Source of the DNA: a virus
Taxonomy: Duplodnaviria; Caudoviricetes
IMG/VR virus record: IMGVR_UViG_3300031853_000006
Coordinates: 32,001-96,000 of that record
Strand: one strand, 5' to 3'
Length of the DNA stretch: 64,000 nucleotides
The position numbers were made by a program, and so were the translations under genes. The notes under the pieces were generated by a model, which was not told the DNA's origin, ran no database searches, and saw nothing but the letters and a program-made list of their open reading frames with translations. Shown in pieces: positions 20,083 through 30,398 of the stretch (position 1 is its first letter; every line of letters begins with the position of its first letter).

Positions 20083-20752
20083 TAGCAGGAACCTCTATCT
20101 GAATCTGATTAAACTAATGGACGGGCCTCACATCAAAGGTGAGGTCCTCCAAGTAAATCATGCTTCGTATGGCACATTGTTTGCAGCAATGATCATGGGG
20201 CATGGTGAGCTAGTTACAGAGTTTGACGAGGATGGCAACGCAATTCCTTTCCTCTCAACAGATGAAATTCTCAAACAGATTGAAAAATTCGGCTTCTATG
20301 TTATCTACGATGTTAAGAGTAATCTACCGATGAATGTAATCACATTCCTTCAGGAACTATACGAATTCGGATATGACAAGATTACACGTATTGTAGTAAG
20401 CACAAAGAGCAAAGAGTCAGGATCTCTTATATGGAGACCTCAAGTCATTGCAATCAAGTCACAGTTTAATTCTGATTTACTTTCATACGGTGCAAAGATC
20501 ACTGAGAAAGTATTCAAGAACAAGTTAGCTGATAACACTATCATGAATCTATCTTACGAAGCAGATATGAAGTGGGACTGGCTGACCTATATCGCTAACA
20601 TAGCTGACTTGCTTGAAGAGAACATAGATCCACGAGATGATATTGCAGAGTTGCACTCATTAGATCCGTTTGATCCGATTCATAACGAGGGCTTGACTCC
20701 GTACACAGACCCAGAAGAACCTGACGAAGAATCTCAAGAGGAGGGCAACTGA
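20018..20752 (+). CDS. Hypothetical structural-module protein
   Basis: ORF track; operon context. Confidence 0.6.
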   Translation: MDKKLHYQISSWDQITECLSNNSRNLYLNLIKLMDGPHIKGEVLQVNHASYGTLFAAMIMGHGELVTEFDEDGNAIPFLSTDEILKQIEKFGFYVIYDVKSNLPMNVITFLQELYEFGYDKITRIVVSTKSKESGSLIWRPQVIAIKSQFNSDLLSYGAKITEKVFKNKLADNTIMNLSYEADMKWDWLTYIANIADLLEENIDPRDDIAELHSLDPFDPIHNEGLTPYTDPEEPDEESQEEGN

Positions 20753-21303
20753 TGTCGTTGAATAATCTGATAGGCCCAGATATAAAACTGATGAGAGCAC
20801 GCTATGATGAAGCGTTACAGCTTCAGGGCATACCAGTTACTTATCAATATCCTAATTTACCTGATACTAACGCTCAAAGCGAATCGGTAGTAGACGCTTA
20901 TTCAGAGCCGATTGAAACTAGCATATTCTTTGAAGGTAATCCTAAAGTAAGGACATTCAAAAGGCTCGGATGGGTAGTTGAAAACGCACAGGACTTACCT
21001 GCCCTAATACATTGTAGTTTCAACTTACCGCATGTACAGCGTGACAGTATCTTCAGGATCGCAGGGCAGTATTCCGAATTACCTGATAGGATATTCCGAG
21101 TAACTGAAATAACATATGATGCACAAAGTCCTGATCACTTGGTGTGCCAGATTGTTCCCATAAACGGAACAGAAGAACAGATAGTAGGCCGTACAAAAGT
21201 AGAAGTAAAGAAAACATTCAATACTTCAAACCATTTCTTGAAGTCCGAACTAGATTACAGAGGTAATCAGCATATGACTGTAGAAGAAACAGAGGAGAGA
21301 TAA
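20752..21303 (+). CDS. Putative neck/head-closure protein
   Basis: EALQLQGIPV.Y pattern and position, T4 gp14-like. Confidence 0.5.
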   Translation: MSLNNLIGPDIKLMRARYDEALQLQGIPVTYQYPNLPDTNAQSESVVDAYSEPIETSIFFEGNPKVRTFKRLGWVVENAQDLPALIHCSFNLPHVQRDSIFRIAGQYSELPDRIFRVTEITYDAQSPDHLVCQIVPINGTEEQIVGRTKVEVKKTFNTSNHFLKSELDYRGNQHMTVEETEER

Positions 21304-21307
21304 TTCT

Positions 21308-21928
21308 ATGTTATGGGCATATGATGACGCAATTGTCAAAGACTTATCAGATTGTATAGACCCTTCGGGAGAAGCAAACAACACTGTCCGAGTGATGGGT
21401 GAAGAAGGCATCATGGGAGTAATGGGTCAGCTGCAAGACGATAGAATTACTTTTCCCGCTATATTTCTAGATCGACATGCAGATACTCCGCTTGATCCTA
21501 GCAGATACAACTTTACTCGTATGAAGAAAGGAGTACCTGCTGTATTTGATCCAGAAGAGAATAACATCTATCTAGAGAAGTCAGTGCCCATTTCACTCAA
21601 ATATGATTTGCATGTGTTAACAACTAATACTGTTGACATGGACGAGCTAATGCGAGAGATTCTATTTCGGTACAGTTCTCTCTATTATATAACAATGGAA
21701 GTGCCATATGAATCTAAACGTAAGATCAGATTCGGTGTTGCAATCAATCCTGATACTTCTATCTCTCGCAAGTCAGGCACTGCAGAGTATCTTGAAAACG
21801 GCAGACTTTACGAATCAATCATGGAACTAGAGTGCCAAGGGGCAGTGTTAATACACTATACTCCTAGGCATATGGAACGGGTTGTTCTGGATCATAATAT
21901 CCAGATCAAGAACCCCGAAGAACCTTAA
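21308..21928 (+). CDS. Putative tail terminator / sheath stabiliser (T4 gp15-like)
   Basis: ITFPAIFL...VPISLKYDL...DMDELMRE pattern; upstream of the sheath. Confidence 0.55.
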   Translation: MLWAYDDAIVKDLSDCIDPSGEANNTVRVMGEEGIMGVMGQLQDDRITFPAIFLDRHADTPLDPSRYNFTRMKKGVPAVFDPEENNIYLEKSVPISLKYDLHVLTTNTVDMDELMREILFRYSSLYYITMEVPYESKRKIRFGVAINPDTSISRKSGTAEYLENGRLYESIMELECQGAVLIHYTPRHMERVVLDHNIQIKNPEEP

Positions 21929-21950
21929 ATAAAAAGGAAGAGGTGATTCA

Positions 21951-22247
21951 ATGTTATACAAAAATGTATCCAGCTCCGTTAAAACTTTTCACGGAAAAGA
22001 ATTTCAACCTGGACAGATTCAAGAAGTAGACAAGTATATCAATAACAAATTCATGATATTGGTAGACGAACAGCAGAACACCCAAAAGGAAAACAAACCG
22101 CAGAAGGAACCGTCTTCTGAACAGTCTAAGAAGGACACTCCTAAGAAAGAAGATCCTAAGCCCGATGTGTCAACAGAGGCTAAAGAAGAGTCAAAAGATA
22201 ATCAGAAAGAGAATCAAAAAGACTCTAAAGACTCGAAGAAGGCGTAA
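21951..22247 (+). CDS. Small protein with K/E-rich tail preceding the sheath
   Basis: GAGGTG RBS; AACCTT motif. Confidence 0.6.
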   Translation: MLYKNVSSSVKTFHGKEFQPGQIQEVDKYINNKFMILVDEQQNTQKENKPQKEPSSEQSKKDTPKKEDPKPDVSTEAKEESKDNQKENQKDSKDSKKA

Positions 22248-22321
22248 CGATTAGCAATCAGACGAGTGTTTGTCTTAAACAAAACGTAACATATTAACTA
22301 CAGTATTAAGGAGGAAGGTTC

Positions 22322-24148
22322 ATGGCTAAGATAACCATCAATGAAATCTCCAAGAACTATACTTACTCTAGCGGTACTAGTTCATTTTGCTCAGTAGCTC
22401 TGCCAATGACGGCAAGCTGGGGACCTGCATTTGAGGATCCCAAAGCAGCAGGACAGGATCTTGCAACAATGCTAGAGACTACTGCATTCCAGCATTTCGC
22501 ATCTACTCAGGAAGGTCTGGAAGCATTTACAGCAACTTATAGAGGACCCGCTGCTAACTACAGATCAGCAAAGGATTACTCATACCAGATTGCGCTCACG
22601 TTGCTTACAATAGGATATGATCTTGATGTATGCCGTGTATGTGCAGGATCACACGCGTCAGGAAGATTTGATGCAACAATCGGATCATCAGCTGGATCGC
22701 TTACACTTAGAGCAAAGTACCCAGGATCATTTGGTAATAACCTGATCGGTGCTTTTTCAAAAGTAAACGGAAGAAACTACTGGAACCTTATCACTTATGT
22801 TGTTGATTCAACAGGTGCTAAGTCCGCAGTAGAGAATCTCGTGTTTGTGTTCGACATCGAGAACTCAACAGACACTATTCCGCATGTTTCTGAGATTGAG
22901 TCAGCATTCTTTGATCTGATTGTAGACGGAATTGACACAGACGACGATGTAGTATTCAACGCCGAAACAGTTACACTTGAAGGTGGATCCGATCGTCTTG
23001 CAGATGACGCCGCGGACGTAATGATGGATAGCGCTATTGCGCTTGCAACAACACGTTACGGACTTGTTTCTGCATCAGATCCGACTGATTACCTTGCAAC
23101 ACTCAACAATGTAAAAGCATCAAACCCGTCGGTATCAAAAGCATCAACAATCCGCTACATGGAGTGGAACTACAATGCAGCTTATTACGTACTTGAGATA
23201 CTTACAGATAAGCTTGCATACAATCATAAGAGAATGATCCTTCCCGGATGGGATGACCAGAACTTCGAGTTCCTAACAGGTGAACAGGTAGCAAGAATCG
23301 GAAGCATTTCACCGCTTCACGCAAGAATGATGAATGTAGCAGCACAGACCAGATGCGCATGTGCATTGCTTGATATTCCGAAATCACTTCTTAGATCCGG
23401 CGTATGGAACGACTCAACAGTTCCTACACAGGAAGGCTACGCACAGAAGATCGGCAGATACGTTCCTGATTCATCGATCAGCTCAGACGGATTGTTCCAG
23501 ACACACAGTGCATTGTTTGCACCTTGGTGCCAGTACAAATACGTAGGCACAGCAAGAAATAATCCGGCTCCGCCGGCATTCCTCGCACTGATGCTTCAGA
23601 TCTCAATGCTCAAGAATCAGTCACTTCAGTACGAGTGGGCTATGCCGACAACAAGAAAACATAATCTTGTAATCGGCGCACCTGATTACAAAGTGCCGAA
23701 GAAGCTGTTGGATCAGTGGCAGGGAGAAAGTGGAGTAAGCCTAAACATCATAACACCTATCCCGGATCAGGGCATGACCTTATGGGGCAACAGTACGGTT
23801 TTCGACCTCCCCGTAGCAACTTATCAGGCGCTTGCAAACCTGTCATCTAGATATCTTCTCGACGCCGTCGAAGATGTCGTTTACAGATGTGGTATCGGGA
23901 TTACCTTCCAGTATAACAACGAGGAAGCATACAGCAAGTTCTACGCGGGGGTATCTCCTTTATGCGATACTATGAAAGCAGTTGGTGCTATCACGTCTTA
24001 TAATATTACAATGTCCAAAGATATCAACGGATTGGATTCAGTCAATTTGAATTCTGTAGTTGGTGTCGTGGAACTTTATGTAGAAGGTATTATTACATCG
24101 ATTACTTGCGACCTGGTAGTACTCCCCGCAGGTACAGAAGGGGCTTAA
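22322..24148 (+). CDS. Tail sheath protein
   Basis: SWGP, AKYPGSFGN, LWGNST and C-terminal FQYN motifs of phage sheath proteins. Confidence 0.9.
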   Translation: MAKITINEISKNYTYSSGTSSFCSVALPMTASWGPAFEDPKAAGQDLATMLETTAFQHFASTQEGLEAFTATYRGPAANYRSAKDYSYQIALTLLTIGYDLDVCRVCAGSHASGRFDATIGSSAGSLTLRAKYPGSFGNNLIGAFSKVNGRNYWNLITYVVDSTGAKSAVENLVFVFDIENSTDTIPHVSEIESAFFDLIVDGIDTDDDVVFNAETVTLEGGSDRLADDAADVMMDSAIALATTRYGLVSASDPTDYLATLNNVKASNPSVSKASTIRYMEWNYNAAYYVLEILTDKLAYNHKRMILPGWDDQNFEFLTGEQVARIGSISPLHARMMNVAAQTRCACALLDIPKSLLRSGVWNDSTVPTQEGYAQKIGRYVPDSSISSDGLFQTHSALFAPWCQYKYVGTARNNPAPPAFLALMLQISMLKNQSLQYEWAMPTTRKHNLVIGAPDYKVPKKLLDQWQGESGVSLNIITPIPDQGMTLWGNSTVFDLPVATYQALANLSSRYLLDAVEDVVYRCGIGITFQYNNEEAYSKFYAGVSPLCDTMKAVGAITSYNITMSKDINGLDSVNLNSVVGVVELYVEGIITSITCDLVVLPAGTEGA

Positions 24149-24181
24149 GTAACCTACAACGTACTTCAAGTTAATTCAATC

Positions 24182-24218
24182 AGAGCGAAGCTTATAAAAG
24201 AGCTTCGCTCTTTTTTTT
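24182..24218 (+). terminator. Rho-independent terminator after the sheath
   Basis: AGAGCGAAGCT/AGCTTCGCTCT plus poly-T. Confidence 0.85.
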
Positions 24219-24228
24219 GAAAAAACAG

Positions 24229-24257
24229 TTGACAAAATTGCAAATACATATTATAAT
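24229..24257 (+). promoter_or_regulatory. Sigma-A promoter for the endonuclease gene
   Basis: TTGACA-17-TATAAT. Confidence 0.8.
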
Positions 24258-24312
24258 TCTTACACAATGTTAACTAGTCCTACTATTCTGTTAAAGTAAG
24301 GAGGAATATAAT

Positions 24313-26568
24313 ATGCCTAAAGCAATCAATCTAACTAGCACACAAGTAGAAGAACTGAAACAGCTAATTGCAGACGGCACTACACAGCAAAACGCTTGCA
24401 AACATTTTGGAATCTCCGAAAGTAAGTTAGCAGCTATTTGCAAAGAGAATAACATTGAACGCAAGTGGGTTAGAGAATATACTTGTGTTCTGTGCGGAAA
24501 GGTCTTCAAGGCATCTCATAAATCTGCTATATGTCCTGAATGCAAAGCTACTCCGAATGTGTGTGTAATCTGCGGAAAAGCATTCCCAAAGAAGTATTTC
24601 CCTTACAATCAAAAGACGTGTTCCGCTAAATGTCGAGGAGCATACAGAGCTCAATCCGGCACCGCAAAAGCAGGAGCACAGAAAATGAAAGAAACTAAAA
24701 TGGAGCGCTACGGCACGCTAGATCCTGCGGAAGTAACTAAGAAGAAAAAGGGAGGAGAACTTGATCCCAAGATCTGCCCATTGTGTGGAAAAGAATTTGT
24801 ACCGGATACTCCTAGACAAGTCTACTGCAAAGATGTTCATTATGTTCCCTGTCCGGTCTGTGGCAAGATGACAGAACTCAAAGATATTTCTATAGGCCCT
24901 CAGGCTTGCTCAGAAGGATGTAGAATGGCAAGGATCAATCAAACTTGCCTAGAGCGATACGGGAATAAGGACGCAGTCAATTCGGAGCACGCGAAGAAAC
25001 TGGGAAAGCAAACATCGCTTAGAAAGTATGGCAAAGAATATTACATGCAGACTGATAAAGCGAAGCAGCATTACAAAGATGTTATCCAAGAGAGATATGG
25101 AGTCACAGCTCCTATAGCATATCCAGAATTCAAGGAGAAGGCTAAGCGGACTAATCTGGAGAAGTATGGAACAGAGTATGCTTCACAGTCTGAAGAGATA
25201 AAAGAAAAGGTTAGACAGACTAATCAAGAGCTCTATGGTGGGGCAGGCTTCGCTTCGCCTATATTACGCAAGCGCATAACAGAAACAAACAAAGAGCGGT
25301 ATGGAGTAGAATTTCCAGTGAGCAGCCCAGAAATCCGACAGAAGATATCTCAGTCCCTTCGTGATAATTATGGAGTAGATAACTTCTGGAAAACCAAAGA
25401 AGACTTAGCAAGACGGATCAAAGATCCAAGAAAGATTGACGATTACTACGCATTTAAGCAAGATCCTAGAGGGTATGTAGAAAGCCATTACGAAGATAAA
25501 CCTCCAATCTATGTACTAGCAGATGATCTGGGAGTCACAGATACGCCCATTTATGATATACTCATCAACGCGAAATGTCAAGATGTAATAGATAGAACTA
25601 AACAGTCTAGCATGGAGTATGAAATCGAGCACTTATTGCGAAAGCTGGTGCCCGATGCAGAGATATGGGTCAATTGTAGACGAGTTCTTCCTGAAAATAA
25701 AGAGATTGATTTCTACTTGCCAGAATACAAATTCGGCATTGAATGTAATCCAACTATCACGCATAATTCTACAGTGTCTGCATGGAACCCTGGAGTAGAT
25801 CCCGCGCTGCCCGTCAGTTATCATAAACAGAAATCAGAACAAGCCATGCAGGTAGGCGTGTTCCTATTTCATATATTTGGATATGAATGGACAAACAAAC
25901 GAGCCATAATAGAATCAATGATTGCAAATATCTTAGGCAAAAATACAAATAAGGTCTATGCGAGGAATACACAGATAATACAAGTAGACGCGCCGACGGC
26001 TAAGAAGTTTCTAGACGATAATCACCGCCAAGGAGGGACTAACGCACCTATCAGATTAGGGCTCAAAGATAAGATTACTAACGAATTAGTGAGCCTCATG
26101 ACCTTTGGAAAAACACGTCCTAGTATCGGAAAGGAGCAAGATGCATTAGATACAGATTACGAATTGATACGATTCTGCAACAAATTGGGTACATCTGTAG
26201 TCGGAGGAGCGTCGAAGTTATTTAAGCATTTCTTATCAGAATATGCCCCAACAAAAGTGATATCATTTTCTGACATAGCACATACTAAAGGAGGACTGTA
26301 CCGGACACTAGGGTTCAAGGATGTAAGTCATTCTGATCCCGGATATGTATGGGTGAAACATTACACTGACGAATACCGAAACCGTGTATCCTGCCAGAAG
26401 GCGAACCTTCTAAAAATGTTTGACGATGTGACAGAAGAGGATATTGAAACAAAGTCAGAACGAAAAATCATGATAGACCACAAATACGTACAGGTTTACG
26501 ATAGCGGAGTCATACGATGGGAGTATACTCCAGTATCGTTAAATAGTGCAGAAGATGGAGGTGAATGA
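24313..26568 (+). CDS. Free-standing homing-endonuclease-like protein 1 (HTH, Zn ribbons, T.LERYG repeats, PD-(D/E)xK/Vsr-like nuclease, GNAT/Mom-like C-terminus)
   Basis: CxxC clusters, EIDFYLPEYKFGIECNPT.TH, NHRQG...YELIRFC...GGASKL...YDSG. Confidence 0.75.
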   Translation: MPKAINLTSTQVEELKQLIADGTTQQNACKHFGISESKLAAICKENNIERKWVREYTCVLCGKVFKASHKSAICPECKATPNVCVICGKAFPKKYFPYNQKTCSAKCRGAYRAQSGTAKAGAQKMKETKMERYGTLDPAEVTKKKKGGELDPKICPLCGKEFVPDTPRQVYCKDVHYVPCPVCGKMTELKDISIGPQACSEGCRMARINQTCLERYGNKDAVNSEHAKKLGKQTSLRKYGKEYYMQTDKAKQHYKDVIQERYGVTAPIAYPEFKEKAKRTNLEKYGTEYASQSEEIKEKVRQTNQELYGGAGFASPILRKRITETNKERYGVEFPVSSPEIRQKISQSLRDNYGVDNFWKTKEDLARRIKDPRKIDDYYAFKQDPRGYVESHYEDKPPIYVLADDLGVTDTPIYDILINAKCQDVIDRTKQSSMEYEIEHLLRKLVPDAEIWVNCRRVLPENKEIDFYLPEYKFGIECNPTITHNSTVSAWNPGVDPALPVSYHKQKSEQAMQVGVFLFHIFGYEWTNKRAIIESMIANILGKNTNKVYARNTQIIQVDAPTAKKFLDDNHRQGGTNAPIRLGLKDKITNELVSLMTFGKTRPSIGKEQDALDTDYELIRFCNKLGTSVVGGASKLFKHFLSEYAPTKVISFSDIAHTKGGLYRTLGFKDVSHSDPGYVWVKHYTDEYRNRVSCQKANLLKMFDDVTEEDIETKSERKIMIDHKYVQVYDSGVIRWEYTPVSLNSAEDGGE

Positions 26569-26569
26569 C

Positions 26570-28582
26570 ATGGCAACTTACACCTGCAAACGGTGCGGAA
26601 AACAGTTTGACCTAAGAGGTTTCAGCAAGTATTGCAAAGAATGTCGTGATTACTACACACCTTGCGTTATTTGCGGAACTCCAGTGCACCAGACGAATCC
26701 GGAAAATGAAGCTAAAACATGTTCAAGAAAGTGTGCAGGGCTGTATAGAAAACAATCTGGAATAAGTAAAGCTACTGCGGAGAAATCGATAGCGACTAAG
26801 AATAAGAAGTACGGCAACGGGTCAGGGGCTAAGTACAAGCCGAGGAAGTGTAAGCTCTGCGGAAAAGAGTTTATCCCAAATGGTTCAAAACAAGTTTACT
26901 GCAAGAATCCACATTACGGTCCGTGCCCTGTTTGCGGTAAGCAAACACTTATAAGGGAATTAAGCAAAGGACCGAACGCTTGTTCAGAAGAGTGTAGAAT
27001 AGCTCTTATTACTAAGTTAGCGAGAGAGCGCGATAATACCGAGTCGCTGAAGAAGAACCGGCAGACTTGCTTAGAAAGGTACGGAGTTGAATATTATTCC
27101 CAGACTAAAGAGTGGCGTGACAAAGTAGCCGAAACGTCAATGGAACATTACGGAACTACTTGCCCGCTAGCTAGCCCCGAAATTCATGAACAACTTGTTA
27201 AAACTAATATAGAGAAATATGGCTATGCTAATCCTGCGCAAGCTCCTGAAATAATTGAAAAGATTTCAAAGACTTTAGAAGAGCGTCATGGAGGTTGCGG
27301 AATGGCATCTGACGCAACACGTGAAAAGATATATGCAACTAACAAAGAACGCTACGGAGATATCCACCCTGCAAGGACTTTACAATGTAAGGAGAAGGGG
27401 AAGCAAACATCGTTGGCTCGTTACGGATACGAAAGCTATGCAAGTACTAAGGAAAGCATTGCACGTAGTATGCTAGATCCTAGCAAAATTGATGACTTCT
27501 GGAGCTTTCGCGCAGATCCTGAAACGTATGTAACATCTCATTACAAAGTGAAACCATATGCAGATGAATTAGCTGCCGATCTAGGATTCAATGAAACATC
27601 TGTATATGACATATTGATCAACTTCAACTGCAAAGATGTAATCAATCGTAGCAAAACTTCTATTATAGAAAGAGAGATGTACGAGTTCCTGACTACATTA
27701 GTCCCCGAATCTGAAATCAGAAAATGTGACAAACGGACAATCACCCCACTAGAATTAGATTTCTATCTGCCGAACTATAATTTTGCAATTGAATGCAATC
27801 CAACATATACTCACAATTCCTCATTCAAGTCCTTCGGAGAGGGTGAGCCTAAAACAACAGTGTACCACAGAAACAAAACAGATAAAGCAGAAGAAGCTGG
27901 GATATTTCTGATGCATGTTTTCGGGTATGATTGGCTTTATAAACAGGACATCATTAAATCGATGATACGCAACGCCTTAGGAAAATGTGATACTACAATT
28001 TACGCCCGGAATACAGAAGTAAAAGAGCTAGATGCAAAAACTACTCGTGAGTTTCTCAACACTAATCACAGACAAGGTGATGCATCATCTCCTATCAGAT
28101 TAGGTCTAATAGATAAGCAGACGAAAGAGCTTGTTTCAGTAATGACGTTTAGCAAACCTCGTACAACTATCGGAAGTAGTGCAGATGATCCTGAAGGATC
28201 TTATGAGCTTGTCAGATTCTGTAGTTTGCTAAATACTTCTGTAGTAGGAGGGGCTTCAAAACTATTCAAGTGGTTTAGTAGTAACTATAATCCTACAAAG
28301 ATAATATCATTCTCAGATAGAGCGCATACTCGAGGAAACTTATACAGCTCCTTAGGTTTTCACGAAGTTCGAAGATCTGATCCCGGTTACGCATGGGTCA
28401 ACGTATACACAGAAGACTACAAGAGCCGTGTAGCCTGCCAAAAACACAAACTCCCTCAGCTATTTGACGACGTAACTGAAGAAGATATGAGCAATAAGTC
28501 AGAACGAATCATAATGATGGAACATAATTACGCGCAAGTTTATGACAGCGGGACAATACGATGGGAGCTAGAACCCCGTTGA
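26570..28582 (+). CDS. Free-standing homing-endonuclease-like protein 2 (paralogue)
   Basis: Same architecture; GGAGGTG RBS before MATYTCK. Confidence 0.75.
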   Translation: MATYTCKRCGKQFDLRGFSKYCKECRDYYTPCVICGTPVHQTNPENEAKTCSRKCAGLYRKQSGISKATAEKSIATKNKKYGNGSGAKYKPRKCKLCGKEFIPNGSKQVYCKNPHYGPCPVCGKQTLIRELSKGPNACSEECRIALITKLARERDNTESLKKNRQTCLERYGVEYYSQTKEWRDKVAETSMEHYGTTCPLASPEIHEQLVKTNIEKYGYANPAQAPEIIEKISKTLEERHGGCGMASDATREKIYATNKERYGDIHPARTLQCKEKGKQTSLARYGYESYASTKESIARSMLDPSKIDDFWSFRADPETYVTSHYKVKPYADELAADLGFNETSVYDILINFNCKDVINRSKTSIIEREMYEFLTTLVPESEIRKCDKRTITPLELDFYLPNYNFAIECNPTYTHNSSFKSFGEGEPKTTVYHRNKTDKAEEAGIFLMHVFGYDWLYKQDIIKSMIRNALGKCDTTIYARNTEVKELDAKTTREFLNTNHRQGDASSPIRLGLIDKQTKELVSVMTFSKPRTTIGSSADDPEGSYELVRFCSLLNTSVVGGASKLFKWFSSNYNPTKIISFSDRAHTRGNLYSSLGFHEVRRSDPGYAWVNVYTEDYKSRVACQKHKLPQLFDDVTEEDMSNKSERIIMMEHNYAQVYDSGTIRWELEPR

Positions 28583-28734
28583 TAACACAACGAAAAAGGT
28601 TGTATCTCTAATTGAGGTACAACCTTCTTGATATTTATGTAGAATGTGAATCTAGTGGAGTTTCGAGGTTAGATCAGTGTGTTAATTGGCCTTGCGTGTC
28701 ATGACTCCTATTGCATGCTCTAAACTACTTGTTA

Positions 28735-29301
28735 CTATCGGCTAGCAACTTCTACAGCGCGTTTGATTACTTTCTTAGCATAGTCGAAAGCCTCTTCGTA
28801 AGATCCATATTTCTCTCCGTTTACAGTTATAATTCTTGTATAAGTTTCTAAATTTTCTATCTGCTCATCAGTCAAATATTCTTTAAGTTTTTCAGATTTC
28901 AGCTCCTGATCTTTGTTATATTTCTGTGAAGCGCTGCGCTTGGGACTATGATTAGATATGCGCAATCTGATCCTGATATTAGCTATGACATTTCCATCTG
29001 CGTCTGTTGCTAAGTAGTTATAGTAGTGTGAATGATCTGGACTAACATTTTTATATGTCCCAATCAATCCGTAGTTAACTTCGCACAGCCATTCTATGTC
29101 CTCCATGAATGCTTCGAAATCATCTATCATCCATTGCTTAATCTTCTTCTTATGCCTCGAAATTACGGGCCTGGAGGGGAGTTTAGGATGCGGAATACGT
29201 TCAGCTGCAGCTATAGTTCGAGGGTCAATCGAATAACCTGCGTCTACTACTATGTCAATGATTGCAGGATTAGTTTGATTACCCCTAACAAATATCTTCA
29301 T
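28735..29301 (-). CDS. Hypothetical protein with RLRISNH motif
   Basis: AGGAAGGAG RBS; own promoter and structured leader. Confidence 0.6.
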   Translation of the reverse strand: MKIFVRGNQTNPAIIDIVVDAGYSIDPRTIAAAERIPHPKLPSRPVISRHKKKIKQWMIDDFEAFMEDIEWLCEVNYGLIGTYKNVSPDHSHYYNYLATDADGNVIANIRIRLRISNHSPKRSASQKYNKDQELKSEKLKEYLTDEQIENLETYTRIITVNGEKYGSYEEAFDYAKKVIKRAVEVASR

Positions 29302-29453
29302 ATCTATACTCCTTCCTAAAATATAAAAGCATCACTAGAAGTAGAACAGTATGTTCTCGGCCAAGACAACAATACCCACGATTCTCTAGTGATGCTAATA
29401 TTCATAACGATTTACATCGTTGGGTACTTATCTCTATGTCTTGGCTTAATTTT

Positions 29454-29482
29454 ATTATAAGCCCTGATAGGTGAAAAGTCAA
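29454..29482 (-). promoter_or_regulatory. Sigma-A promoter
   Basis: AAAAGTC TTGACT-17-TATAAT on the minus strand. Confidence 0.75.
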
Positions 29483-29621
29483 GACTTTTCTTAATATTTT
29501 CCAAATTACACAACGATTGCATATGAAAATCGTTAAATAATTCAAGAAGGGCACTTGACCCCTCACACGACGTAATGAGCAAATTACTTGAATCAGGATT
29601 CTAAAAGGAGAAGAACCGCCT

Positions 29622-29930
29622 ATGGATCACAGAGATAACAAAAAGAAAGTACTAAGTTCCGGAGGAAGCCGAAGATTATCGAATCAGCTGAATCCGTCGT
29701 TTACAACAGAACGAAGAAAAGATGAATGGTTGATTGATAGTTGCATTTACAAAGCCGATCAAAAGTTTTCTAATTCGCACTGCGGTAAGAGGTGTAAGAA
29801 TAGGAATGTTAGCGCTCTTAAGTGCCGAGGCGGATGCGGTTGTGAATACTACTTGTCGACGAAAGAATGGCGTCTTTCAAAGAAGGGCAAAGCGATTAAC
29901 CTGAAGGAGGAGTTAGGTCATGCCAGATGA
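29622..29930 (+). CDS. Cys-rich hypothetical protein
   Basis: AAAGGAG RBS. Confidence 0.55.
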   Translation: MDHRDNKKKVLSSGGSRRLSNQLNPSFTTERRKDEWLIDSCIYKADQKFSNSHCGKRCKNRNVSALKCRGGCGCEYYLSTKEWRLSKKGKAINLKEELGHAR

Positions 29931-30285
29931 TAACTACGACAGCTCTATAATTGTCCAAAATTGGCTCAAAGATCACAACATTCCTTTCACTACAGAACAG
30001 ACATTCGAAGGACTTGTAGGACAGAGCGGAGCTCACTTGAGATTCGACATTTACCTAGAACAGCACAAAATGTGTATAGAAGTGGACGGGCAGCAGCATT
30101 ATCGAGCGTGCAAAAATGTCAATATGAAAACTTTTCTCAAAAAGAGAAATCATGACAGGCGTAAAGAATGGTACTGTTATACACACGGGCTGTTCTTGTT
30201 GAGACTAGTCTGGGACGAACTCGCTTACTTAGATCAAATTCTCGGTTTCCTACTAAAATGGGAAGCGACGCTAGTACAAAGCTGA
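29920..30285 (+). CDS. Vsr/DUF559-like endonuclease
   Basis: LRFDIYL...IEVDGQQH...D..K...C...LLRL. Confidence 0.75.
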   Translation: MPDDNYDSSIIVQNWLKDHNIPFTTEQTFEGLVGQSGAHLRFDIYLEQHKMCIEVDGQQHYRACKNVNMKTFLKKRNHDRRKEWYCYTHGLFLLRLVWDELAYLDQILGFLLKWEATLVQS

Positions 30286-30322
30286 GAAACTAGACTAATT
30301 TTGTTTTCATTATAAAAAAGTC

Positions 30323-30351
30323 TTGACAAATTCATATATTTATCATATAAT
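30323..30351 (+). promoter_or_regulatory. Conserved early sigma-A promoter (repeat family)
   Basis: AAAAGTC TTGACA-17-TATAAT with TATCA before the -10; near-identical copies at 35811, 49913, 57218, 63093. Confidence 0.85.
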
Positions 30352-30398
30352 ATAATTGTATCGATCATTAAACACTTTATCAGGTAGGAGGCGTAATC

